From Ptychomitrium polyphyllum (Eukaryota), in the NCBI GenBank assembly GCA_973851085.1, contig OZ316776.1:15128001-15192000 (forward strand): a DNA stretch of 64,000 bases. The letters run 5' to 3'. Positions 41,778 through 55,900 of the stretch are shown here, in pieces. Each line of letters opens with the position of its first letter. The stretch's first letter is position 1. The translations under genes and the position numbers were made by a program. A model generated the notes under the pieces. The model was not told the origin of the DNA. It ran no database searches and saw only the letters and a list, made by a program, of their open reading frames with translations.

Positions 41778-42242
41778 TCAATTAGATCTGTCTCTAGTGG
41801 TGTTGTCGAGACACCTATCTAGAGCGCCCTTAACGGGCTCGGCAACGAGCTTCGCCATAGCGAGCTGCGTCTCCAGCATGGACTTGTAGCGTCGGTCCTT
41901 CATCTCCATTGTCATGACCGCCAGCCTGGTCTGACGGTCGATGGCAATTTTCTTCGCTTCTATCTTGGTGGTCTCAATCTTTATGTAAGCCTCCGTAAAC
42001 TTGTTGATCGCGTCTGCAACCTCGGAATACTCGTACACTTCCTCCTCGCTCTCCTCATCTCTGCGCCTCTTCTTCCCCGGCTCACCCCCTTCCCTTCGCT
42101 GCTCGCAAGCTGACGTCTCCGTCGACGGCTTCCCGCTTGAGGAAGAAGACGGCTCCCCGCCAGGCGCTGGAGCTCCACCATCTCCCGCCCCAACCAAGTT
42201 CACGACTTCCTGTTTCGCGCCTGCTGGAACACCATTGTCCAT
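41778..42242 (-). CDS. Short protein resembling the C-terminal coiled coil of SIP1/ASIL-clade trihelix factors, with no DNA-binding domain
   Basis: KKRRR NLS-like motif, then EVADAINKFTEAYIKIETTKIE...MLETQLAMAKL, resembling ELARAI..F.E.YERVE..K...TQ of ASIL proteins. Confidence 0.6.
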   Translation of the reverse strand: MDNGVPAGAKQEVVNLVGAGDGGAPAPGGEPSSSSSGKPSTETSACEQRREGGEPGKKRRRDEESEEEVYEYSEVADAINKFTEAYIKIETTKIEAKKIAIDRQTRLAVMTMEMKDRRYKSMLETQLAMAKLVAEPVKGALDRCLDNTTRDRSN

Positions 42243-42766
42243 TGGGCTCTACAGTTTCTGCTATATCACGAAATGCTAAACTGGAAGAAACCGAAGACTG
42301 TAAACCTGACCTTTCTGGAGCTCTTAGAATTCGGTGGCTATGGCAGATAACTGGGCACCTAGAGAACCCAACTAGTACTCCCACGTGCTGCACAGGTTTT
42401 GCGTTCAGAAAAGAACACGGCAGGGCAAAAAATCCGGACAAAATTTAGGACATCTTTTTAATCAAGAAACTTGCAGTATGCTATTGTGTTATAAGGCACT
42501 AGGGTATTCATCTCTACTTTAGGTTGTTTTCAGCAATGTAAGTGCGCTCCTCCCGCAGCTTGTTGATCTTTTTGTGGTGGGGAAGAAGGGTTTGCAGATT
42601 AGTAGACAGGAGGGAAAGGTTAGGTCGAAAGAAGTAGCTATAACTCCGTCAAGTGCTCAGTTTCTAGCAAGGTAGTGCGAAATTGTTGCAGTTTCGTGAG
42701 TTGTGTGAGGTTGTGAGTGTGCCGCCCTAACATTGTTTTGCATTCGCGTGGCAGGAGGCAAATGTG

Positions 42767-43520
42767 GTAAGTGGGAAAACAGTGTGCGTTACAGGGGTGA
42801 ATGGTTTCATTGTGTCGTGGCTGGTCAAGCTGTTGCTCGTGAAAGGATACATCGTGAGGGGAACGCTCCGGAACGCAGGCGTGGTACTGTGAGAGGCAGG
42901 CTTGCTTTGTCTGGTTTTAGGATTTTGTGGATGTTGGGTGAAGGTTCCCTTTGCGCAATTTGAATTCTGTGTTGTGCGAGGGCTTTGCTGTGGTGGAGCT
43001 TGCTTTGGAAAAATCCTATGCAGACCCTGCACTTGAGTTGATTTCATTGTTGTCAATACGCAGAGAAATCCAAGGATTTGCTGAAGCTGTCTGGCACAAC
43101 TGGGTATCTCCAGCTTATCGAAGCCGATCTTCTCAACCCTTGAGCCTTCGACTAAGTTGTAAAGAACTGCGATGGCGTCTTCCACACCACATCGCCGATC
43201 TTTCACATCGTCCCGACCCTGATGTTGTCATTCATTCCCTCATGGTCCATTGTGAGCTTCTTCTTGTACAACCGTAGTACGTCATTCTATGACCTACATG
43301 ACTTGGTTGCTTGGGTGGTATTCCTTGTTGCAGGCCGAGCTCCTGGATGTTGCAGTGAAGGGAACACTGAATGTGTTAGGATCTTGTGTCACAGCACGAA
43401 CGTAAAGGATTGTGTTACTTTCCTCTGTAGCAGCTGTTGCCTACACATCCAAACGGATTGGTGCGAGCGTTGTGGACGAGAGCTTCTTCAGTGACATTGA
43501 TATATGCCGAAAGGAGTAGG
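42767..43520 (+). pseudogene. Cinnamoyl-CoA reductase/DFR-like (extended SDR) pseudogene, 3 residual exons
   Basis: [85 protein letters not shown]. Several stops, a GC donor after exon 1, and no recognisable 3' half. Confidence 0.88.
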
Positions 43521-43788
43521 TAGTTCGCTTATCCTGATTTTATCCGCTTAAACCAACACTTTCGCTGAGCATGCCTGTATTAAAATGCCCTGGTTTGATT
43601 TGATATGATATATCCAACTATAGTTAGACAAGCTTGCAGTAATATATTCATCTATGATGAGGTCGAATTCTGCAAATCTGATATCACACTTGAATTCACA
43701 TCTCTGTGGATATTGTAACAGAAAATAAAGGGTTCATTTGCAGGGAATATTGCAACTCATATTGAGTTCTTAGCGATGAAATAGCATT

Positions 43789-44060
43789 TTAGTTCTGTCT
43801 AAGGAACGACATGGTCAATCTCCCAATGATTATCACCATAACGGGTTTCAAATCCTTTACAATGACTTTAAAACTAGGCCATTTTGTCGGGTCATAATCC
43901 CAACACCTAGTGATAATCCTTTTAACCAAAGAATTCAACTTCAGTGGCAATTTCGGTCTGCCTCCTTTCAAAACCATATCATAAATAAGTGTGGATTCCA
44001 CTGGTCATATTCCATTTGGAGATCATCCTAGTTAGAAGAAGCGCACGTGCTTTCCAGAAG
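43789..44060 (-). pseudogene. Raf-like/TKL protein kinase C-terminal fragment (subdomains X-XI)
   Basis: IYDMVLKGGRPKLPLKLNSLVKRIITRCWDYDPTKWPSFKVIVKDL. The invariant Arg of DPxxRP is replaced by Trp, and the upstream frame is broken by stops. Confidence 0.75.
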
Positions 44061-46926
44061 AGTATTCCTCCAAACCCTCCAAACACTTGTAATCAGCCAC
44101 ATATCCTTATAATTCTCATCCTTAAGTACTCTCGAGTCCTCGATCTCGGACTCCACCTTCAAGAACTCGTTCTCAGACTGTAGATCACTCCCATCAATTA
44201 TGCGTTGGATGCCTGCAGAGTGGTACCAGCTTTAGTTAGAAAAGACTCAGCGCTGGAGCCACAACTACTTAAAAAGCGGAACAATGACCAAGAATGCTGA
44301 GTGATGAGGTCCTCATGCTAACCCCCAAATTCTTGCTTCTCGCGACCTCTATCTGCACACTCCGATGTGGTGTCCCTCTAGTGGCCATCGACTTCCTGCG
44401 AGCTCGCTATGGCGATTGCACGCTGTCTTGACGTGCACAACAGTGAGATACTGAGGCAAAATCCAAATTTTCACGCTGCCCCTCCTAAATTCGGAATCCA
44501 GACCCTCACAACCTTCGCATCAGATCGCCACATGCCGTGATACCTTCTTCAAGCAGATAAGAGCATCAAACCAGATGGAAATTAATATGTTTACGTGCAA
44601 AACCACCTGCGTTGCCGAACCAAGCGGCCCGCATTAGCCCCCGCGCCCGCATCCTTTTCCAATTCGTGGATCCTACATTGCCCACCCAGTTCTATTCTTC
44701 CGTTATTTTTCCACACCTAATCGTCAGTCGTTAATTGAACAATGAGTATCGCCTTCAATTCAGCTCAAAAACTCCAAGCGGAAGTTCCACCCATGATCAT
44801 GTTGTCGTATCATTGAGCTTACGATTCATGTATCTATGAACCTGAATATCATTACAACTGCATATTGTTCAGTTGTTCAGCCCCTTAAGAAAATTATAAA
44901 ATTGAACTGTGCTTGGTCCCCTTCTCGATCCGAACCATGATTGTATTGATCTAGGCGCACGACAAAATTCGCGTAGCCCATCTAGTAATCGTAGAAGTTG
45001 AAAAAACTGAAGAAGTCCAGCAGAGCACATCGACGTGTTTCCAGTAGTTTTGTTCGAGCGTCGAGGCAAACATTTCGAACATGGTTTTGAGAGTACAAAG
45101 AGATGGTGCAGTTAGCCAACTGCTGCGATGATTGGTGGAATATAGGAATAATCATCAATTATAATATAGTCACAGCAATATTTGACAACGCTTTAGTCAC
45201 AACACTGTCAAGATCACCAGCTTGAGTTACAAATTCGAGGAGACTCAGCTAGAAGTCAAATAAAGTTTTGATCGCCGCACTACACGGAATCGGAGCCGAT
45301 CTCCAGTAGTTAAAATATGAACGAGCTACTACAAGTTTCCGATAAAGAACATAAACAGCCAACTCGATGATTCAGTAATACGTTATAAGCATTGCCGCGC
45401 TACTGATTCGATAGGAAGGGGGCAAGGTGCCATTCTTTCCTCAAGGTCTTGATCACCTTGTAGCTGGCCATAGCTGCTGGTCCTGTTAGTTCTGGAGTGG
45501 CAGGATTCAGTAATCGTGTTCGAACAGCTAGGGATCTGTTTTGTAAGTCATCGTGTATGTTCTGCAAGCTTTGCAGTAGTAATTCCATATTTCAGTTCCC
45601 CGGCCGGATCGTCTTTGCAAAGTTTATTCACATGAAGCTTATAAAGACGACAATCATCACGACCTGCCAAACCTCCACAGGCATGTTGTCACGATTCCAA
45701 GAGCATCTACGCATGAGCAGGCAAAGCTACATGGTCGTACTTTCCTCAGCTTGTACAGTCGGTGAAGCTGCGGCTCCGCGTTCAAAATTTCGTGTCTGTA
45801 TGTTTAATAAGCCATCGATGTTTTGCAAAGATGATCCGGGGACTGAATTAACTGCAACAGAACTACTATACTGTATCCTGAACAGAAAGTAACTTGAGCT
45901 ATCCACAATCCGATATCAAAAACCACAGACGACGAATGCGTGCCTCTGTGTGAAATCCCAAACGTCCACAATATGGATACTGCTTCGTTTCATTTTGGAC
46001 TTTGGCCAAGTATAATTTAGTCAGAACGGTACATGGTCAAGCGTGGGCTACAGTTGCCACCACCGTCGAATCAGATCCTCCTTACAGTCCTATTGTCCCG
46101 TCTGTGATTTTCACCTGAGCTCATCTGAACTACGCGAATCTTAATCATAATTCGATCAACTGGAAAAATAGCCTAAAGGTCGCTGACGTTGCTCATCTGA
46201 CTTGCGCATGCTTCCGCCGCTATTGAAACGACCGGAGCTTCGACACCGAATTTGCACGAGCCGATCGTGTCCACATCGGATCACGAGAAATTTATTCGAT
46301 ATAAGTCAGTTCTGTGTGAGATCTGTCTAAAACCTACAACTTGGTCTACTTTGTTCGATAAACATTAAACACAATCATCAGGTACATTACATGAAATTGT
46401 ATTAGCAATACCTGTCTCATACTTGATGCTAGAGAATGCAAATTCAAGCAAGGACCCGGCGATCAATTAAAAAAAAAAAAATTTAACTTATAACCACAAT
46501 TGTAACCGTTACAATACCACCTGCTTCAACTCCTGCACTAACCTACTCAAATGGACCTCTCAAGAATGTTAAGGACGATGAAAGTGATCACCTTACATTG
46601 TCAACAACAGTCTTTGTGGCTAATATATCAAAGAAAAAATATTAGGCAATGAATACTTGTTGAATAAAGTATAAGAATATATTACTTATTGGCTCCCATA
46701 ACAATGACATAGAAGGCAATTTCCTGTTGAGATGCATACTCTACGTGAGATTTGAACTGCTGTGAAGATAATCAGAATCAGCAAAGAGCACCCTTCCACA
46801 GAAAACCTGAAACAAATTTCTGATTTTATATGGTTCTTATTACTTCATAAAATGAGTTCTTAAAAAAGGATTAGAAAATGTTGAATTGAAGTCTAAACAC
46901 ATGTCTTGTAACAATCTATGCATACT

Positions 46927-49900
46927 CTAATCGATCACTGTGTAAGCAAGATTAGGAGGGGGTGGCTGGTGATCTCGTTGAGCAAGAAAAGTGGACGCAT
47001 TGTTCTTCACCTCCCAGAGACTGCATTGCCACAATGCAGCCCCAGAGGTGTACTTTACGATTGGAGCTTGTTGCAAAGCAGCTTGAGCCACACAATCTTG
47101 TCGCACACAACTTACAACCCCTGGGTCAGGCTCATAGTAATCAGGCACTACTACACAACCTAAGGCTACATATCCCAACGGAGGTCGTGGTTTCCAAATT
47201 GTTACTGGCTCTTTCGCACTGTAATCTCCATCTCGCCAAACCTGAAATCCAAAATCCATAAACCTCTGTTTAAACTTCGAGTTAGGGAGTTATGATAACA
47301 ACAACGTGTTCGTTAAAACAGCGGCTTCTATCGACATTGTCGTCAGCTTTGTATATATTTCCTTATACAGATGAAAGTAGGGTACAGTAGTACATGTAAC
47401 CAGTCCTGATTTAAAGAAAAGAAACACCCACGCCAAAAATTATAATAATGAAGATATAATATTTAAATGTTTCCGAATAAGGAGAGAAAGGGGTGGTTTT
47501 TCTACCAAGTCAAAACCCTCTGGAGAGATAAATTTGCCGTCGTGGTCATCGTGATACACCATGGCAAGTTCAGGCGAATTATAGGAACTCTGAACGACAT
47601 CCCCCACTGATACGTACCTGCATATATGAAAGACAACCCATTCAGTTATTCTGCGACAGTACTGGTCAGTTTGCTGGCACAGCCCATCTTTATCCATCTC
47701 GTTCTGAATTGACACCTTAAAGGTGTTTCTGACACCTCTCAAACTGAATATGTAACGCAGAATTTTAGAATGGTTCATGAACGTAGAGCAAACTACACAC
47801 CCTGATGAAGGGATTGGACGCCAGATAGACACTTCAAAATTCTCATTCCAAGGAGCTGCCTGCAAGAACAAAAGCAAAATTCTTAAAACATGTGTTCAAT
47901 AAGGTAGCACATGATTCTCATCTAAAATATTTACGTATCTCAAACAGAGTTTCTGGATGGAGTGTCGTTGGTCCAAGTTTAATGTAAAAATTCTACTCAG
48001 GTAGTAATGGTTGGAGAGATCACTCCATCCCAGATGCAATGGAGGGGAAGTCTCTCCATTTTACCTAGGATACAGGTAATGGGGAGACTTGAATGGCATA
48101 CTATGGGAGGTAATGGAGAGACCTCGCCATCCGTGCAAACTAGCATAACTTCCAAACTCTGATACAGTTAAAATGGTGTTGTACATTCAGCCTCAGATAG
48201 TTAAAAACGTTCTTCCAAAACTTCTCTAGTTGCAGACAATAGCCCAAGGAAACTGAGGTTCATCAGAAGTACCTTGTCGCACCACAACAACTGAAAATCC
48301 CTTATAAGCCTCCCTATCCGTACAGATTCCGTTAGAGTCCCTGCATGTTGGGATGTCCCATGCAGCTCCTGTGTTTTCGCTAGGGCTTGCGAATCCTGCG
48401 GCACATCGAGCATTGCTTGACTAGCAGATCCAATAAAAGCTCCAAAAGTTGCCATGACTGGCACGGCTAAGGGAGCAGCTGGTCCCGCCAATAGTCCTAG
48501 AGCTGCCCCTGATGCTGCCCCTGCTCCTGCACCTGCATAAGGCTTTCTTGCTGAGGACTTCTTCAGCAATTCCTGTTCCCCACAAGTTCATACACGTCCT
48601 GTATGATACAAGTTCTATGCAAGAACAGACATCAAATATGCATCCAACTTAAATATTTGATAGGATATAGCTGATTTTGTAATAGAAGAGAGCGACTTCC
48701 AATAAGTTGTTTCAGTCATAGGAGAGTGTACCACCAAGTATCCCATCTTCTTGGAATATATTGTGTATCATAGATGACCGAGCTGTTTTCAGAGAAATCC
48801 TTTATATTGAAGAGAGGTAAAGGAACATGACACAACAAAATCACAAATACAGATACATGGAAACTATTCTATCAAGGAGTGTCACCATACAGATCATCAA
48901 CCATTTAGAGATAGCAGAGCAAGGTGATTGTTTCTCGGTACCTGGGTTGAGGTGGACAATCGGCCTGGACCATAAGTATTAAGGACTTGCTGTATAGCAT
49001 TGCGGATCTCGCTTGCTTGTTTAGTGCCTGGGTGGCACTTCACAACAAAGAATGTTTCTTTGTTATCAAACACACGGGGTTCATTACCCCAAACACGAAT
49101 TATGAGTCGAGAGGGCGGCAATTGCCGTGATTCTTCATTGGCGTAAGATAATTCCATTGTTTTCAAGTCACCCCATACTACATCCCATGTGACAGTACAA
49201 GGTTCTTTGAGAAGATCTGGCTTCTTTTGCTGAATCAGGCTTGTTGGGTGCTGCATATCGTCAATATATACAAAGGTTACTCACATTAAAATTTAAACAC
49301 GAAAATGATGGCTATATCCTGCCTGACCCTTTGCTCGCAGGTGAGTGACGACGCAAGAACGAACTCTTTTTTTGCTTAACTTGTTTCATAGAAAGCCGTT
49401 GGGCGTGCAGCACAACAAAGCAGCATCATTCGAAACATCACTACATTCTAAGGTTAAGAGCAACTTACCTGAAGTAAAATCACTCTACGATGTGTGACCA
49501 TAAGAGTACGCCCTTTTGGCAGATTGAAGTGATCTTCGTAAGCATCGGACATCGCAAACTTCCCTCTTACTCTAAAAATGTCAACGGGTCCAAAAACCGT
49601 CGCTCTCTCTGCTAACTGCAGCAATACCTGATAGGAGAAACCATAAATCATGTCAGGTTGTTTCATTATATAATGCAGAAGAAATGAATTTGGCAACTGT
49701 AGGTAGAGAAGACCTCTCTCACCTGTCCTCGTGCATTATACTCGTCATAAGGACGCAACACTTTATCACCTCCAATTACACGAGGCAGCCGCCTTCTCAT
49801 AGCCTGATGTTCCAACGAGATGGCAGCAGTAAGCTTCATCCGAGTTGCGTTAGCACCCTCGGTAGTTTTGGAAAGTAAATCTAGTGCCCCACTCAAGGGC

Positions 49901-52900
49901 TGGATACCCACTCCAATCACTCCTTTTCCTACACCTTGAAGGAATCCTTCCACACCAGACTTCTGAGCACCTTCAAAAGGTTTTGTAACAATGCCTGTTA
50001 AACCTCGAAATAATCCTTTTGCAAGAGCTTCTCCTCCCTCGCGAATGCCTTCACCTAGATCTTCAACATTCGCCTGTGACACAATTCTTATTAGTTAAGA
50101 ATATGTTAAGTTACGAAACTAGCTTGGTTTCAACAAGCTAGTGTCCAAGTTGAGCAAGATCACCTAACTGCAACATATGGACCACTTCAGGGCACTGAGG
50201 AAGAAGGAACGAATTTAAGCAAATCCAAATTATGCTAATATGTACTATCTTCCAATTACATATGAAACTTAAGATGAAAAAATTAATGTGCTGTATCGAT
50301 TACGATTTTAACTCACTTTCTCTAAATTTCTTCTTGAACAATCTGAACTTCGTTACAGAATCTGCAATAGAGTTGTATTGAAATAGGATTTTAGCAAACC
50401 TGTTTCTGACGGCCGCGTATAAATTTCTTGTCCATTGAGAGTGCAGCTACCCCTTTGCTCATGTTCCCAAGAGCGCTACTTGTGTTGCCCAGTATATCGA
50501 CGCCAGATAGCAGTAACAAAGGTTGACTCAGTAAATCATTTCTCAAACTAGCAAAAGCAGCAGCCCACATTGCACTTTGCCGCATGGAAACGTCTTCGTG
50601 AACGCGTGGAGTAATACGTATCTGATAGTACCATATATATAATATTTCAATCAGAATTATCTCTAGAACTTATTCCAGTTACTCTAGATATATTAAACAG
50701 ACTTTTAACTAAAACACTAATGTATGGCCAATATAAAGAGCTCTAAACTCAAGGCATCGTAGTCTTAGCATTTCGCCAAACAACTGCTAAGCATCAGACT
50801 CATCACAGCACATTATGAAACATTTCACACACCAAACCTCAAAAGATCCAGTCCGTGAAACTAAAAAGACGGTTCTGATAGCATGGACTAAAAGGACAAC
50901 TATAATTCATAACTCCAACTTATCAAGTAGGAAATCAATAAAGTTTTGGATGCACATACCGGCATTTCATCAGTGTTTCCTAATGATATTATCAATGATG
51001 CCCAAAATCCAAGCATGCCTCGAGGCCTTTGTGCAGGAGCCATTGCTAGTGTGACCTTAAAACGTATTTCGGAAGTATGAAGAAGCCTGCAAACAGAAAT
51101 CCAGTTTAGAATAAATGAACATGCAAAAATATACGAAAGAATCTCATGAAGCCTTGAAAAAATTCAAAAGAAAAACAGCCACTCAGCTGACGTCAAAACT
51201 GACTTGTCATTTTAGACTCAACATCTCAACAAAGATCTTGAGTATAGGAACGTTAAGAAAAAACAATCTTACCCTAATCTTATAATAGGGTCAATAGCAA
51301 CAGCAGTTGTCTTGCTGCTACTCAAGCGCCCCAAGTCAAGACGTTGAAACATCTCATGCAAGCGCCAAATTATTGGTTCGTGAATATTCACCAAAAAGAA
51401 GACACTTTGAGCGTTTGGACCCTGCAAGGTAAATCAAGAACAATTCCTTTATCATCCTAAAATAGCTCATTAAAAAAAGATTGGCATCTAACTGCAAGCT
51501 GGTTTAGTTAGAACTGCTTTTTACAGTTTCAAGGCCTTGTTCTACGAGCATTCAATGGAAGCAAATCCCGTCACGGGTTGTTATGAAGCCTGCACCTAGG
51601 TGCTGCAAGTTGTATAGAAGAGACTCCAATTTCATGGAAATTAGAAGCAGTGGAATGACTTGAAAATAAAGAGAACTCATTCAAATGTTCTCCAGATCTA
51701 AATTAACTGAATTAGAAGGAATCTTGACAGAACTAATTTTCATTATCTTGAAAATGGTAGTCACCGAAAACACTCGATGAGCATGGACAAATGGGACAGG
51801 AAAAAGGAAGTAGACAGGAATGAGAAAATTTGAACCTGTATGCCAATGTAAGGGTAAGAAAAATAGTCCAACATTTCAGTGTCTTGCGTGGTGATGGTGC
51901 ACTTAAGAAGAAAATCACGATCTGTCTGAGGCCCTTGAACCATGAAAAGGATAGGTGATGGTGTCAAGGGTAACTGGTTGTCAATTTGAAGACTGTCTAC
52001 CCGAAATTTTAACCTGCGTCAGAGCCACTCAAAAATTGTTAGAAAAAAGTGAATGATGAACTGCATTAAGTGCCTTCCATTTGTTACGAGAGATATGAAT
52101 ACTTCACCATGCAACAATAGAATTCACAAATATCAACTGACCAATCACAGGTTTGTCAAGTATCTTAGAATCTTAACATTCCATAGCTCACTCTCAGCTC
52201 CTAACCCGGCATGACACGTACCAGCTCCTTCTAAGAATGTAAACGGAGATAACAAATAGATTTTTGGACTGTGCACTCTTTCCATCCTACCAGTCTCGCT
52301 GCACAGTAGTTGGACTAACCTGTTGGTTCCTGATCCCAATCCAGTTGCATAAGAAAGCACAAGGTTCTGAATGGACACATAGAGTAGTTCTTCAGGAGTG
52401 TGATCGACAATTGAAAGCCCAAACTCTGCCAACTCAATGCTTGTATGAAACTGATTCTCCAAGTTGTACGATTCAGGTGCTAGAGTCCGAGGTGTAGTTG
52501 CAGCTCCAGCAGTCACCATGGATATGTTACTAGTATCAGGGGTATAGTCTGCAACTCTGAAAACCTTAGTAAATCCCTCTGAAATCACTGTTGCTCGAAG
52601 TGGCACAGCGACCCCTCCACGAATAGAGGGGAAAGGCTGGTAATCGAACGGCTCGTCTAGGCGGTATTCTATGGCAATCTGGGAATCATATCCTTCCGGT
52701 AAGACTTCAAGTAAATCGTCGCGGAGAAGATCTTCCCATGCAAAGGAAGCTGATGAACCAGGGAGTAATACCTTCCACGAACTATGGTCACTACCAGCTT
52801 GACGGAACCTGATAGGTAAAACAGTGGATCGATTCTCCAATCTGCAACCGTAAACATTCGTCAGCCAAAAAACTGAGACTAAGGGTTGAACTTGAATAAC

Positions 52901-55900
52901 TCAAATATCATATTGTTGCTATAGAACAGGAAGATAGAACACCGTCAAATTAGATACGATCTACCAAAAAGAACTGGTAGAAGCCCCACATTAGAATTGC
53001 TCCATAAGCCCAACTGAAACCAAAAGTAGAAGGTTGAAGCACAAAACTTTACCGATATGGACTCTGACGACCAGCAAGACGAAAAACTACAAAATATCGA
53101 GAGTCCTTGAACCCGTTACGAACTTCGCCATGTATCACAAGACATAATCCACCTTGTTCAGCTTCCAGTTCAATATGAAAAATTCCTTCCGAATCGACAC
53201 TGAACGGGTGGCTCCACCTATAACCGTCGACATTAATCTGTGGAATGCAGCAAATCAGACATTGATGATATTGTTAACTATCCACGCAAATTGACGAAGG
53301 ACAAGGAAGATATAACTACTAGCCGTTATTGCAAAATAGATGAGATCCTTAGTTTACCTCCAAAAGTTCTGGTTCTTCTGTAGATTGCCAGAGAATGGAC
53401 TTGGGTGGGTCATTTGGATAGAATAATTCTTCATGCCTAAGGTGGCACTGACGTACAGAGAGCCGTCTTCCCAGACGATTAACAAACAAAGTGTGAGGCT
53501 GCACATGTATGACCTGACAAAGAACATCCACTCCCAAGAATGAGTGGGAAACAGCTCCATTGAAGTCATCGAAGAGACAAGGATGGCGAATGACGAAATC
53601 GAACATCAGTTCCGCTTAGCTATGTCTGATATCAGTAGCATACCATGATAACAGACCCTACACATATACATCTTTCGTAAACATAACATACAAAAGTCAT
53701 AGAGGAGAAGCCTTGAACTCCATGCTTCTTGGCTACATTCACAAACTAGATTGGGTATAGATAAACACACCTTGGTTCGATCTGATGACATGTCCAAGAA
53801 TACAGACAATTTGTAATAGGCACCACAATCATCTATAGCATTAAGATTAACTCTTTCCATCTGTAGGCAGGATCACAAGTGAAAGGTTCAAAACGAATTG
53901 ATTAGTCACTTTTATACTCGAAAGGTATAGGCAGAGGGATCCATCAGAATACAAACGAAACAGAGAAGTCTAAAATATCCAAATTATACTACAGAACACA
54001 CTAGATCAGACAGAAACACCTCAATCTGGCACAGCCAACCTGCCACTGAGCAAACTCAAACAGAAATAACCGCAAACATTCTCCAAGGACCCAAATATAC
54101 GGACTTGTACAACCACACTGATGACTTCAAATTCATAGCCTCGCGTTGGAAACTAAGAACCTTACATTACTTTCGAAGTCCCGAAGCGGTAGAGCACGGT
54201 TGAAAACATTGCTGTTTGCTACAGCGATTGAGAGGCCTAGGCGAGGCGACAGCAGCCCATCTTCAGAGCGAGAGGACAATGGTGGCCCTCCCATGCGATC
54301 AGGGTAGGCCTGGAGAGAAAGCATCACAGGAGTACCAGTCATATCCTCCACTTTTTCAAAATAACCAATCACTCGGTTCAACTGTAGAGCTTGCTTTGCT
54401 CCAGAGTGAGTAGGTCGACGAGCAGCCTGCTTTGCAGCTTTAGCTGCCCTTGTCAACCATGTCGTATCCCAAGATGAATCGCTATTAGGTTCAATCTCAA
54501 CTAGACGATATGCTAGTGGGAGGGAAGCGTCATTCTGGAGCCAATAAGAGACAAACAAGCGCACAATCTTGGCAGCCACACTGCTTCCTCCGAAGTCATG
54601 TTCCAAACTCACTCTCAACCGCCTGCACAATAGTTCTTACCGTGTGAGAACCCTTACAAACAAATATTATACCTTCTACTTATCAACCTTTTTGCATGAA
54701 TTACAGACTAAACTGTATTCAAATGTCATATTAGTCAAGCATCAAAGCAGAAACAGTATTCTAAAACAAATACAGGAAATGTACGAAAACACTTGGTCTA
54801 AGATTGACTGCGACCCTCCTGCGAACCTAAGCAGCTTTATTTGTGATTAATAACAATTACCAGGTGAAAGAGAAGTTTCCCACTTAAAGTAAAACCGCTA
54901 ACTGATGGTCAGCTTTCAAATTATAGAAGATAACAAGAGCATCAGATTTGAGGAGTAAATTCAGTTGATCAAATGAGAAAAATATCATCTCTACAAGTCA
55001 ATAACCAGCATAACTGCAGCCACAAATTACATGTTTACCTGCCGCTACCCTGGTGAGCCATCCAAAAGCCACTAGGAAGATTTTCCATTGAAGGGTCTGA
55101 GATAGGAATAATTTCTTTTTCTGCTCTCCAACCTCCTTGAGCTAGCCAAGTAAAGTACATGGGTCGCCGCACATCAACTGAGTAGATGTAAACACTACCG
55201 CCGGCCGAAACAATGCCCTCCTGTTGCTTGATTAAGTTTTCGGTCGCCCTTGGCTTTTCCCAGATAATGTAAGTAGCAGAACAAGGAAGACGATTCTCCA
55301 GCTTAACAGGGGCATTAATTGTGATTCGCCAATCAGGAATAGGATTATTAACTTCATTGTACAGGAGTGTGGCATCGACATCCACATTCAACCAGCACAG
55401 ACGGTTATCTCTGCCACCTTCCAGGACCCTGGACAAGAGAATTTCCTCGGTTTTTTCTAGCTCTTTCAGTGGAAAAGCAGAAACTGGCAGATTGCTTTTA
55501 GTATTTCGAGTAGGAACGGAAGTAGCCCCCTCACTACTACTCTGATTCCTGCTTTGGGCTATCAAATCACTGATAGCTCGGCCCCAACTGTACTGAGACG
55601 AATCAGAATGCGGGCGGAACTGAACGCATGTATCTGTGTTGCTGTCACTGCCAGCTAATGGTAAAGGAATTGAATCTCCAGGTCGGACCACTCCCACCAT
55701 TTGTCTACTATGTAAATGCTGAGTTTCAGGGATGCATTTTCGTTGCCTAACAAACCGACGCCGCCTGGTAAAATCAAACATTGTCTTCTTACTAGCCTTT
55801 GAGGACGAAGGGAGGTCTTTTAAAGATTGAAAGTCAGGTCCGTAATACCAACCATCTTCATCAACAATGCCATTTCTATCGATAGACCAATTCGTGCTCC

